A stretch of DNA of 26,652 nt from a virus (IMGVR_UViG_3300042471_001003:1-26652), one strand, 5' to 3'. Positions 18,126 through 26,652 are shown, counted from the stretch's first letter. Program-made: numbers and translations. Notes: a model not told the origin generated them from the letters alone.

Positions 18126-18155
18126 AACGTTATTTTATATAAATATACTATTTTT

Positions 18156-20231
18156 TTAGCTAATAATCCCATTTTCACATGAACTACATAAAGTAAAACA
18201 ACTAAAAGGTTCAGGTAAAATATCATTATATTCTTCAGTGTATAGATTTCCAAGAATATGTTTTAATCCATAATCCATACAGCATAGAGAAACATCCCCG
18301 TTAGGTAAAACAACATTATGGTATAATTTTTCATCACAACCACAAGTCATTGTTTGATTTCCGTGATCCATATGGTTAAATCTGTCTTTTAATTTTTCTA
18401 ATTCGGGTTTAATAATAGCTTCACCTAATAGATTTCCTGCTCTTGACCAAAACTCAGGAATATGAGCATTTGGAAAATAAGGTTTTACATCATCGTGAAC
18501 CTCACTCATACTCATAACATAAAATCCTTGAATATGATTTTCTAATTCTTTAAAGCGTTTAACTACTTCAAGATACCTTGGAGTGATAGGATGTTTAGCG
18601 ATCATTTCTTGGTCTGGGAGGTGTAGGCAAAACCCACCGTTGGGTCCTTTATTAAAAGGAATGTCTTTAATTCGTTCTACATCCTCTAATGTCATACCTA
18701 CTCCTGTAGTAAAAGCACTCACTGGATGTCCTTGTTCATAAGCATACAGTAACATATCTGTACACTTTTTGTTTAACCACGGTTCGGTGAAGCCTGAAAA
18801 TGTAATTCTTACTTCTTTAGGTAGTTTGTTAATTATTTTCTTAAAATTTTCCAAAGACATTGTTTTATCAGAGTCGTAAACATCCAATAAAGTCATTTGA
18901 GGACAGAAAGCACAATCGATTACACATCCTTTTTTAGGAATTGATGTTGTAAATTCTAAAGTCGGGTAATCTGTTGTCTTCCACTTTTCTAACATAGTAC
19001 CTCCTGAAAGCATGTATTCAGATGCATTCTTAGTTAAGTTAGAGGTATTTAGCATCCGTTTTAATATCTTAGGATCTATTAATTCAGGATGTACCCACCA
19101 ATCTTCAAATGTGCTGTTTTTATCAGGAGCAATATCGCCCACTACTTTAATATACCCTTTAGTTTTTAAAAATTCTCTAGATTTTTCCTTAACTACTTTA
19201 GTTTCGTCAGCATAGTAATCATGTTCAAAGGTGATAACAGCAAACTTATATTCGTCAAATGGAATTTTAGTTAGTATTTGATAGCTTATTTCAGCTGGTT
19301 CACAATCAACTTGTAAATAATCAATAACACTTCCTGAGGTTAATTCTTTTAGTTCCTTATTATAATTAACATCTAAAGCATTTAACATTAAGATAGGGCC
19401 GTTTCTATCTGTTTCTAAGAACTTCTGTACTTCATCGGGATTAATTTCAACTGATATTCCACTCCACCCGAATTCTTTCTCTAAAAGATAGGTATTGTTG
19501 TTGTAAATAGGATCTGCTGTTCCTATTTCTAAATAAGTTCCTTTTGTTTTACCATCTAACATAGTTAATACAAACATGTCCTGGTATACTTGAGAGTAAT
19601 TTTGTTTAATTTTTTCTACTCCTTTAAATTTATACCTTAGCTTATTTTTTAAATCAGAAGTATAAGGAACTTTAAAATACATTTCACCTTTAGTCAATCT
19701 AAGATTTTTATAGGTATCGTTAATGTATTGAGGAGACATTGTGTAGTTTTTTAATAATTCACCAAACATTCTTCTAGCATCATCCCTACCTCCAATGTAC
19801 CAAATTGTAACAGCTTTTTGAAAAAGTATTACGTATTTACCTTCATATCCAATATAAGTACGGGTCGGTATAGCGTTGTCAGCATAGTATTCTGCTTGAC
19901 AGATTGCATTATGGGCTTCATGCCATTCATTATTCATTTCATAGATTTGACTTAATAACCAAAATGCTTCCGGACGAGTAGGACAAACATTAATTGCATG
20001 ATAAAGTAAACTCTTAATTGAGAATAACCTATCTCCCTGTTTTTTAAATCCTAAAGCTACTTTAATTAATGCTTCGTAAGTTAAGTTATTATCTTCTGAT
20101 AATTCAGCTGCTCTTAAATAAAAAGAAACTGAGGATGCTACGTGACCTTGTATATCATAAGCACAACCTACCTCGAAGTTTTTCTCTGCATTATACGGGT
20201 CAAAAATGTATTCTTGAATTTTATTGTTCAT
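18156..20231 (-). CDS. TPR + FkbM-like SAM methyltransferase + radical SAM/SPASM fusion protein
   Basis: N-terminal TPR-like helices (YLRAAE, P.RPEAFWLLS); YSQVYQDMFV...YLEIG...IDYLQVDCEP...FEHD...EDWWVHP (FkbM-like); CVIDCAFC (CxxxCxxC), FSGFTEPWLN; C-terminal C...VLPNGDVSLCCMDY...C..C..C (SPASM/twitch). Confidence 0.85.
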   Translation of the reverse strand: MNNKIQEYIFDPYNAEKNFEVGCAYDIQGHVASSVSFYLRAAELSEDNNLTYEALIKVALGFKKQGDRLFSIKSLLYHAINVCPTRPEAFWLLSQIYEMNNEWHEAHNAICQAEYYADNAIPTRTYIGYEGKYVILFQKAVTIWYIGGRDDARRMFGELLKNYTMSPQYINDTYKNLRLTKGEMYFKVPYTSDLKNKLRYKFKGVEKIKQNYSQVYQDMFVLTMLDGKTKGTYLEIGTADPIYNNNTYLLEKEFGWSGISVEINPDEVQKFLETDRNGPILMLNALDVNYNKELKELTSGSVIDYLQVDCEPAEISYQILTKIPFDEYKFAVITFEHDYYADETKVVKEKSREFLKTKGYIKVVGDIAPDKNSTFEDWWVHPELIDPKILKRMLNTSNLTKNASEYMLSGGTMLEKWKTTDYPTLEFTTSIPKKGCVIDCAFCPQMTLLDVYDSDKTMSLENFKKIINKLPKEVRITFSGFTEPWLNKKCTDMLLYAYEQGHPVSAFTTGVGMTLEDVERIKDIPFNKGPNGGFCLHLPDQEMIAKHPITPRYLEVVKRFKELENHIQGFYVMSMSEVHDDVKPYFPNAHIPEFWSRAGNLLGEAIIKPELEKLKDRFNHMDHGNQTMTCGCDEKLYHNVVLPNGDVSLCCMDYGLKHILGNLYTEEYNDILPEPFSCFTLCSSCENGIIS

Positions 20232-21210
20232 TGTTTAATAACTCCTCCACGAGGTTTTTAGGTACTGTTAAAGCAAAAGCTGCATTGTCTTGATATCCGT
20301 ATGTAATAACTAAATCTCCGTTTATTTCAGCTGCACCACACACAAATTCAATCTGGGCTGTCATGAAGTTTACTGTGTCTGAATATTTAACTAAGTTCCA
20401 ATCTTTATCCCAAAGTAGTAGTCTATGAACGTAGATTGAATCTTTATTATTTCCTTCATTATACCAGAAGGTACATTCATGGGTAATTCCTAACCTATAT
20501 TCTCCCCAATTAATTACATTAGATCCTCCTCGCATTTCCTGCTCGGTTTTAAGACTTTGAGGAACTAAAGCAATAGTTTCACTTGATTCTGTTTTTAAAT
20601 CTACTTTTACAATCTCGGTTGGATTAGCCCACTTAACAAAATGGAAGGGCATATCGTTAATTGGCATCCAGTTTTTTTCGCAGTATGAATTAGGATCGTT
20701 TGGAGGTTGAATTCTGTATCTATTTACTTCTTTAACTTTATCTTTTAAAATTTTAATTTCGGAAAGTTCCATTCTACCTTCTCCGTTAGGTTTAGTATCT
20801 CTTCTAACCCCGCAAATAAAGTATTTATCATCCCATTTTACAATCCGGGCATCCTCTAACCCAATAAATTCCCAAACTGGAGGAATGTCAAAATTACTAG
20901 TATCGATAACCGTGTATTGTTCGATTGATAAGTCTTTATCTAACGTACAAAAATAATTAGTTGTTCTTAGTGTACGATCAGCTTCTGGATGTAGATATGC
21001 TAAGGGTCCCCAACGTCCTTGAAATTTTTGTTGGAACTCTGAATGGTATAAATTATACCCTACATGTCGAAGTATTAACAGAGTATCATTTCCGTCTATA
21101 AAAATGGAAGGATTACATAATCCTGTTCCGTTAGTATGTTCGGATGATATTTTTAGCGGGGTAATACTACCTCCTCGTTCTAAAACTAGTTTAGCTAGAT
21201 TATAAATCAT
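20221..21210 (-). CDS. GH130/GH43-clan-like five-bladed beta-propeller glycosidase/phosphorylase
   Basis: CNPSI, GLEDARIV, EKNWMP, RGGS, IEFVCG, YGYQD motifs. Confidence 0.75.
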   Translation of the reverse strand: MIYNLAKLVLERGGSITPLKISSEHTNGTGLCNPSIFIDGNDTLLILRHVGYNLYHSEFQQKFQGRWGPLAYLHPEADRTLRTTNYFCTLDKDLSIEQYTVIDTSNFDIPPVWEFIGLEDARIVKWDDKYFICGVRRDTKPNGEGRMELSEIKILKDKVKEVNRYRIQPPNDPNSYCEKNWMPINDMPFHFVKWANPTEIVKVDLKTESSETIALVPQSLKTEQEMRGGSNVINWGEYRLGITHECTFWYNEGNNKDSIYVHRLLLWDKDWNLVKYSDTVNFMTAQIEFVCGAAEINGDLVITYGYQDNAAFALTVPKNLVEELLNNEQ

Positions 21211-21215
21211 TTATA

Positions 21216-21246
21216 TAAAGATAATAACTTTTATTTAAAAAGCCAA
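21216..21246 (-). promoter_or_regulatory. Candidate host-sigma promoter for the GH130-like/rSAM pair
   Basis: TTGG-N19-TATCTTTA ending 5 nt before the ATG. Confidence 0.6.
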
Positions 21247-21250
21247 GCTC

Positions 21251-21355
21251 TTATTGCTTATCTTTTGTTCCACATACTGAGCATTTACCTTGATTATCTA
21301 AAGGTCTGTACTCACCGCACTCTACACAATTGTCTGTAATTTGATTATATACCAT
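21251..21355 (-). CDS. 34-aa CxxC-x11-CxxC micro-protein (zinc-ribbon-like)
   Basis: Manual translation MVYNQITDNCVECGEYRPLDNQGKCSVCGTKDKQ*; the ORF start overlaps the end of the upstream LamG gene and it fills the intergenic gap. Confidence 0.7.
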   Translation of the reverse strand: MVYNQITDNCVECGEYRPLDNQGKCSVCGTKDKQ

Positions 21356-22031
21356 ATTTGTTTTTAATTCCTAAATAAGTTTGATAGACTTCAGCTGCTG
21401 ATAATGCTTTATTCCAGATATAAATTGAACTAATTTCTGCTAGGTCAGGAGGGTAGTATTCAAAGATATAAATTGGAGCATCACCGGCTGATTTAGGGTT
21501 AGAACCTCCTACAGCTCCTATCGATACCCCGTTAATATAGGTTGTAACAGTTCCTGCATCTTTTGTAGCTCCAATAAGATAAGTTGTACCTATAACAAAC
21601 TCGGGACCGTTAAGTTCTAACCCAAAATTAGGACCGTTATAATTAGGAGCATATTGCCAGTGCATCCATCTAAGACTAGGAAATCTCCATATGGCTGGGG
21701 ATCGGTCTGTTCCTCCGGCATTATAACTAAATAATTTGTCCCAGTTCCCTGTATATCCATTTGGAAAAGTTGCTGTAGATTTAATTTTTAGAGTATAAAA
21801 TATAGAATGATAATCCGTATTTAAAATACTAGTAGTTGCTGTAGCTCCTGTTGTTCCTGAGGCAATAGCGTATGGGGCTGATCCCATAAATGCTGCTCCT
21901 GTTAGGTTTAGTTTGTTTGGACCTAAATCATAAGCTGTACTTCCAGCTCTTGGATAGGATTTAGTATTAGTGGTATCAATAGCCCACTGTAAATTTGAAC
22001 TGACGATATTTGGGCCTCCAGCTGCTCCCAT
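21345..22031 (-). CDS. LamG/ConA-like lectin-domain virion protein (short type)
   Basis: GPNIV...D.TNTKSYP N-terminus; IYIWNKALSAAEV...KYGI C-terminus. Confidence 0.8.
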   Translation of the reverse strand: MGAAGGPNIVSSNLQWAIDTTNTKSYPRAGSTAYDLGPNKLNLTGAAFMGSAPYAIASGTTGATATTSILNTDYHSIFYTLKIKSTATFPNGYTGNWDKLFSYNAGGTDRSPAIWRFPSLRWMHWQYAPNYNGPNFGLELNGPEFVIGTTYLIGATKDAGTVTTYINGVSIGAVGGSNPKSAGDAPIYIFEYYPPDLAEISSIYIWNKALSAAEVYQTYLGIKNKYGI

Positions 22032-22044
22032 ACTAATAAATATT

Positions 22045-23250
22045 TTAAATTCCGAAACGGTATCTAAGTGCTTGATAATTTTGCAAAACTTCAGCGGCTG
22101 TTAATGCTGCTTTATATGCTTTTACAATAGGTATTTGACCTGGGAAGAAGTTATATCCTGATCCTCCAGATCCGTCTACTCCTCTTGCACCCATTGATAG
22201 TACGTTCGAATTGCTTCCCATATTACCTGCTTGAGCTCTATTATAAACTTCTACTCCGTTTTTATACATTCTTTGATAAGATCCATCGTAAGTTACTACA
22301 GCATGATACCACGTGTTACTACTAACAGGAAAGGTTGAATCTCCATCCCAAGCCCAGTGCGGCTGCCAAGCATATTGGAAAACGCCTCCGTGAATTGCAG
22401 TTTCGTATAGATCTTCTTTATTGTATAGAATACCTTCCCCTACACTTGCATTACTGCAGTTAAATAACAATTCAATAGAGAATGGTGAAGATCCTGGGTC
22501 GAGGTAGGTAGAGTCTGCTGTAAAAATTAAATCATTAGTTCCATCAAATACTAGCTGTGCGTTATTATCAAAAGAAGCATTTGTTATGTTAATAACACCG
22601 TTGTCTGTTAAATTTAATAATCCCTGAGTTGCTGATCTGGTTCCTAATACTAGAGGGGTACAATGAGATTTTTGTTCAATCTGATATCCAAAGTAATAAA
22701 CTTTATCACCTAAAGAAGTTCCCGTATAACTACTCATGTAGATCCCGGTTTCATTAGCTTGGGTTGTAACAGTTGCTTTTAATAATAACCATTGATTTTT
22801 TGGCCAGTTAGCACCGTTTGTATCTCCATTATATGCAAAGTAAGCTAGTAAGTCGTTATTTACAGCTGTCCTTACATAAGGGTAAATTTGCATTGAAGTT
22901 CCGGTAAAGTAATACCAAATTGAAAAACTATAAATAGTGGAAGGAGATATTGTAATTATACTGCTTCCTAATTGTTGGTTACTTCCTGTACCTGTTACTA
23001 GTGAACTAAAAACATAGAGATTGCTTGTATTTACATTGGGTATACTAGGTTTTGAAATACTAGTGTCATTATCATTAAAAGTTGCATTACCTCCGTTAAC
23101 CCACCAGTTACCTCCTGAGTTAAGATTATTATTGACTGCATAAGCAATATTTGTTGTAGGTTCTCCAATATATGAAGTTATTGTATTACCTGTATCGTAA
23201 GCGAATACTAATCCTGTTTCTGCTGTATTGGGTCCTGCTGCTCCTGCCAT
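22045..23250 (-). CDS. LamG/ConA-like protein (long type, with inserted beta-sandwich domain)
   Basis: FDGTND, WYHAVVTYDG, MYKNG, ALTAAEVLQNY..RFGI; insert between GEPTTN and GTRSATQGLL. Confidence 0.85.
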   Translation of the reverse strand: MAGAAGPNTAETGLVFAYDTGNTITSYIGEPTTNIAYAVNNNLNSGGNWWVNGGNATFNDNDTSISKPSIPNVNTSNLYVFSSLVTGTGSNQQLGSSIITISPSTIYSFSIWYYFTGTSMQIYPYVRTAVNNDLLAYFAYNGDTNGANWPKNQWLLLKATVTTQANETGIYMSSYTGTSLGDKVYYFGYQIEQKSHCTPLVLGTRSATQGLLNLTDNGVINITNASFDNNAQLVFDGTNDLIFTADSTYLDPGSSPFSIELLFNCSNASVGEGILYNKEDLYETAIHGGVFQYAWQPHWAWDGDSTFPVSSNTWYHAVVTYDGSYQRMYKNGVEVYNRAQAGNMGSNSNVLSMGARGVDGSGGSGYNFFPGQIPIVKAYKAALTAAEVLQNYQALRYRFGI

Positions 23251-23262
23251 TACATATAAATA

Positions 23263-23940
23263 TTAAAGTCCGAAACGTCCTTTTACTACGTTATAGTTTT
23301 GAAAAATTTCTGCAGGTGATAATGGTCGGTTATATATTTTAAAAAGCCCTATTTGTCCATTTAAATAGGTGCCGGTATCAGTTCCTAGACGTAAATTTAC
23401 ATTTCCTGAAATATTACCTACTGTGTTAGCTGTTGTTGATCCTTCCAGTATTCCATTTACATATACCGTGTAGGATAATGCAGTTTTTTGTGCGACTAAG
23501 TATTTCCAAACTCCATCCTGTATATTGGTAGTACCTATTGTTCTATAGTAGGTTCCATCTCCATTTCTACTATCAAAAGCAAACTTATGACCACTATCGT
23601 TGGTTATGTAAAATAGATAACCGTCTGAATATTTTATCAAAAATCCTAAGTCGTTTGGTTGTGAGGTTCCAATTTTTACCCACATTTCTATAGAAATATT
23701 ATCCGCTACGTTAAAAGATGCGTTATTCGGTATAAAAATATAGTCGTTAGTTCCATCTAATGTTATAACACCTCCATTGTTACTACTGAAAGTAGGGCCG
23801 TTTGTTAATGTTCCATTATTTCCATTTCCAGATATATCATACCACGTAGTGCCAGTACCGGGGTATGATACCGGGTTAGCAGCGTCTAATGTTATGACTA
23901 CTCCATTATCTATTAAGTTTGGTCCTCCTAGTAATGCCAT
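23263..23940 (-). CDS. LamG/ConA-like protein (short type)
   Basis: LDAAN.SYPGTGTTWYDISG, DGTNDYI, YVNG, KIYNRPLSPAEIFQNY. Confidence 0.88.
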   Translation of the reverse strand: MALLGGPNLIDNGVVITLDAANPVSYPGTGTTWYDISGNGNNGTLTNGPTFSSNNGGVITLDGTNDYIFIPNNASFNVADNISIEMWVKIGTSQPNDLGFLIKYSDGYLFYITNDSGHKFAFDSRNGDGTYYRTIGTTNIQDGVWKYLVAQKTALSYTVYVNGILEGSTTANTVGNISGNVNLRLGTDTGTYLNGQIGLFKIYNRPLSPAEIFQNYNVVKGRFGL

Positions 23941-23943
23941 AAT

Positions 23944-25125
23944 TTATATTCCAAATCTTGATTTAAATGCGTTGTAGTTAGTTAATACTTCTGAGGCTGT
24001 TAATCCTCTGTTATAAATTTTTGCAATATCAATAGACCCGTTAAAATAATAATACACGTTATTTGGATTATTTCCAATTAACATATTCATGGAAGCCCAT
24101 ACGTTAGTCCCAGTCCATGTTCCTCCATTACTTGTTGTACTATTTAAAGTTCCATCTATATAAATGTTAACATTTGATGAATCTCTAGTACACACTACGT
24201 GATGCCAGTTATTATCAAATAAGTTAACTCCTGTAGAGTATAAATCAAATAAAATAACTTGAGGACCACTGTCTGTGGTATATGCATAGTATTGTAATAT
24301 TCCACCACTTAGAATCTGTACTATTAAACCATATGTTATACCAAATATAGCACTTGTACCCATTCCAGCTCCTAGTCCTGGGGATTTGATCCATGCTTCT
24401 AAAGAATGGGTAGGTAAGGGTAGGTAGTTAGTGCTAGCTCCTCCTGAAATATAGTCGTTAGTTCCATCGAAAGTAATTTGGGCAGTTGGGCTAAAAGAAA
24501 CGTCTGTTAAATTAATAGTTTTTGTCCCTGACATGTCTAACAACCCTTGAGTTACTGATCTAGTTCCATTTACGAACTGAGTTGGGTGAGTTTTAACTTC
24601 TAGTTGAACTTTAGAAAATCTTGAGGTAAGTGTGGTGGAAGTACCATTATTCATCCAGGTTAAAATACCTATTTTACCTCCATCTCCTATAACTCCGTTC
24701 CAGGAAATTTGCTGGCTGGATGTTGGGTAGTATACATTATAATCTAAAGGTGATGAGTAACCTAAGTAAGTTTGGCTCCCAGTAGTTTGACCTATAAATA
24801 TATATGCAAGGTTACCTCCACCTGGAGAGGTGCTGTATTCATAAGTTGCTGAGAGGCATAAATGCTGTCCAGTATAAGCAGACACATCATAGTAATATAT
24901 TGTCCATGAGGCATTTCCTCCCCACTCTACTGTTGAAGTAACAAAATCAAATGTCTTACTTCCGCTGTCTATTAAAGTGTAATTCCCAGGCCAACCGCTT
25001 GGGGTTGGAGAATTGGTTGCAAAGTTTGTTGTCGGTTCCCCAATAAAAGATTTTACAGTATTATCCGTATCGTAATAGAATACGATTCCATCTTCAATTA
25101 TATCAGGTCCGGCATTTGCAGCCAT
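23944..25125 (-). CDS. LamG/ConA-like protein (long type)
   Basis: FDGTNDYI, WHHVVCT, IYIDG, KIYNRGLTASEVLTNY; insert between GEPTTN and GTRSVTQGLL. Confidence 0.88.
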   Translation of the reverse strand: MAANAGPDIIEDGIVFYYDTDNTVKSFIGEPTTNFATNSPTPSGWPGNYTLIDSGSKTFDFVTSTVEWGGNASWTIYYYDVSAYTGQHLCLSATYEYSTSPGGGNLAYIFIGQTTGSQTYLGYSSPLDYNVYYPTSSQQISWNGVIGDGGKIGILTWMNNGTSTTLTSRFSKVQLEVKTHPTQFVNGTRSVTQGLLDMSGTKTINLTDVSFSPTAQITFDGTNDYISGGASTNYLPLPTHSLEAWIKSPGLGAGMGTSAIFGITYGLIVQILSGGILQYYAYTTDSGPQVILFDLYSTGVNLFDNNWHHVVCTRDSSNVNIYIDGTLNSTTSNGGTWTGTNVWASMNMLIGNNPNNVYYYFNGSIDIAKIYNRGLTASEVLTNYNAFKSRFGI

Positions 25126-25400
25126 TATGGGTACATTGGAGGATTAGGATCAGTCCATTCTGGTGTAGCTAAAATTACTAAAATTTCCTCATAAGTATAA
25201 GGACCTTCCTTAGTAGTTAAGTTAGCAACACACTCAGGCATTGTTCCATCCCATTTTACAAATGTTTTTGTTTCGTCAACAGACTTACGTACTGTGTCGG
25301 CAGATGTTTCTAAAACTTCAGTAAAAACGATTTGATCTAATTCTGATACGTTAAATATCATGAATTCTCTGTTGTCGTATTCTTGTAATTGTGTTTCCAT
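25125..25400 (-). CDS. Small acidic hypothetical protein within the LamG array
   Basis: 91-aa ORF, ATATTTATA at 25405-25413, stop overlaps the next start (TAATG). Confidence 0.75.
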   Translation of the reverse strand: METQLQEYDNREFMIFNVSELDQIVFTEVLETSADTVRKSVDETKTFVKWDGTMPECVANLTTKEGPYTYEEILVILATPEWTDPNPPMYP

Positions 25401-25412
25401 TTATTATAAATA

Positions 25413-26117
25413 TTAGAGTCCGTATCGGGTTTTAGTTGCGTTGTAATTCTGGAGGACTTCTGCTGTTGAAAGAGCTTTATTGTAGATTTTTACAGATGGG
25501 ATGTTACCTGAGTAATATCTTGATGGATCTAAAACAAATCCTCTTCCTATATTAACATCTCCATAAGTTGTTACATAACCTTGAGGACTAGTTCCACTCT
25601 GTATTAATATACCATTTAAATACCATTGCCATGCTCCTGAATTTAAGGTAAATATAGTATGATACCATTTATTAGCATTAATATTTTCTAGTGTAGGATA
25701 ATTATAAATATTATTGTTAGTAGTATTACCTGACCAAATCCAAATCAACTGACCGCTTGAGTATTGCTCTAACCTAGGTCCAACATTACCTGTATTAGGA
25801 AAATAAGTTGAGTAATTCATATCTAATACATTTTTGTAGCTGGTTACTGAGTTTGAATTAAACCAGACCTCTATAGTTTGAGTGTTTCCTATAGTACCTA
25901 AATTACCACAGTTAACATAATCATCCACCCCATCAAACACAATGGATCCTAAATTAGCCGAACTAAAAGTAGGTCCGTTAGTTAATGTTCCGTTATTATT
26001 ATTTCTAGAAATATCAGTCCAGTTTATTCCGGCACCGGGATATGATTTTGAATTAGCTGCATCTAAATACATTACTAATCCGTCGGTTACTATTAGGGGA
26101 GAATAACTAGTTGTCAT
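25413..26117 (-). CDS. LamG/ConA-like protein (short type)
   Basis: DGLVMYLDAANSKSYPG, FDGVDDY, WYH, YLNG, KIYNKALSTAEVLQNY. Confidence 0.88.
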   Translation of the reverse strand: MTTSYSPLIVTDGLVMYLDAANSKSYPGAGINWTDISRNNNNGTLTNGPTFSSANLGSIVFDGVDDYVNCGNLGTIGNTQTIEVWFNSNSVTSYKNVLDMNYSTYFPNTGNVGPRLEQYSSGQLIWIWSGNTTNNNIYNYPTLENINANKWYHTIFTLNSGAWQWYLNGILIQSGTSPQGYVTTYGDVNIGRGFVLDPSRYYSGNIPSVKIYNKALSTAEVLQNYNATKTRYGL

Positions 26118-26652
26118 TATAAACTAAATCTTGCTTTAAATGCGTTATAATTTTGTTGAACTTCAGCGGGTGACAATGCTCGGTTGTACAGAGAAGTTTT
26201 ACTGATTGCCCCAGGGAAGAATGTACCTTGGGATCCTCCAGCATAGTATCTGGCTCCTACTCTAATTCTATCAAAGTTTGTTGTAGTACCGTTATAAACA
26301 CCGCTGTATTCTTCTTGCCCATTAACATACTGCTTATAGGTATCTCCTGTAGCGTCTATCACCACGGCTAAATGTGTCCATTTATTAAAAGGAATCGAAG
26401 ATGTCATAACATCTCTATCATAAAATCCCCCGTAAGCTCTACTTACTTCTAAGTTAATAGCATCAAAATTAGCACTACTGTAGGGACCCATATCCCAATT
26501 TATCCCGTACTCGTAATCACTATTAGATGCTAAGGTTGAAGAAAAGAATGCTCTGTAACTACCTGGGTTTGAATAAGGTTGAACAAATGTGTCTACGGTA
26601 AAGGATGCGTAGGCTAAACCTACTCCTGTTCTTTCCGCATAGTCATCAGCTC
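26117..26652 (-). CDS. LamG/ConA-like protein, 5'-truncated by the window edge
   Basis: Frame is open upstream of the track's Met at 26491 to the window end (ADDYAERTGVG...); WTHLAVV, YVNG, LYNRALSPAEVQQNY. Confidence 0.85.
   Translation of the reverse strand, partial: ADDYAERTGVGLAYASFTVDTFVQPYSNPGSYRAFFSSTLASNSDYEYGINWDMGPYSSANFDAINLEVSRAYGGFYDRDVMTSSIPFNKWTHLAVVIDATGDTYKQYVNGQEEYSGVYNGTTTNFDRIRVGARYYAGGSQGTFFPGAISKTSLYNRALSPAEVQQNYNAFKARFSL

Noticed and set aside
18993-19004. GGAGGT-ACT-ATG internal start at the rSAM domain boundary
   Set aside because: Spacing is only 3 nt, the other genes lack SD sites, and Gly-Gly codons explain the sequence.
537-23977. All plus-strand ORFs in the track (e.g. 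537-812, 11059-11418, 12487-12924, 13692-13910)
   Set aside because: Antisense shadows of well-supported minus-strand genes, with no recognisable motifs.
26117-26491. 124-aa ORF as a complete gene
   Set aside because: The frame stays open to the window end with LamG-like sequence, so Met 26491 is internal.
1-26652. Stop-codon reassignment (alternative genetic code)
   Set aside because: Genes are full length and tightly packed under code 11; TAA, TGA (2046, 4137) and TAG (13495, 13751) all occur at sensible gene ends.
21345-26652. Diversity-generating retroelement or invertase shufflon behind the LamG array
   Set aside because: No reverse transcriptase, recombinase, adenine-specific TR/VR pair or inverted cassettes are visible in the window.

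Overview
AT-rich segment of a large myovirus-type (contractile-tailed) bacteriophage. Every credible gene is on the minus strand. In transcription order (right to left): a tandem array of at least six LamG/ConA-like paralogues with a small acidic protein inside it; an unannotated 34-aa CxxC/CxxC micro-ORF; a GH130-like beta-propeller and a TPR + FkbM-methyltransferase + radical SAM/SPASM fusion; a fibre-like protein; tail sheath and tail tube; a tail-assembly chaperone pair linked by a candidate +1 frameshift; tape measure and baseplate genes; then a compact atypical PolA-fold enzyme, a gp32-like SSB and a RecA-like recombinase cut by the window edge. Two recurring upstream motifs are visible. 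ATATTTATA precedes structural genes, and TTGG-N19-TATNTT resembles Bacteroidota -33/-7 promoters. With the general lack of Shine-Dalgarno sites, this suggests a Bacteroidota host (inference). All family calls come from motif recognition by eye, without database searches.
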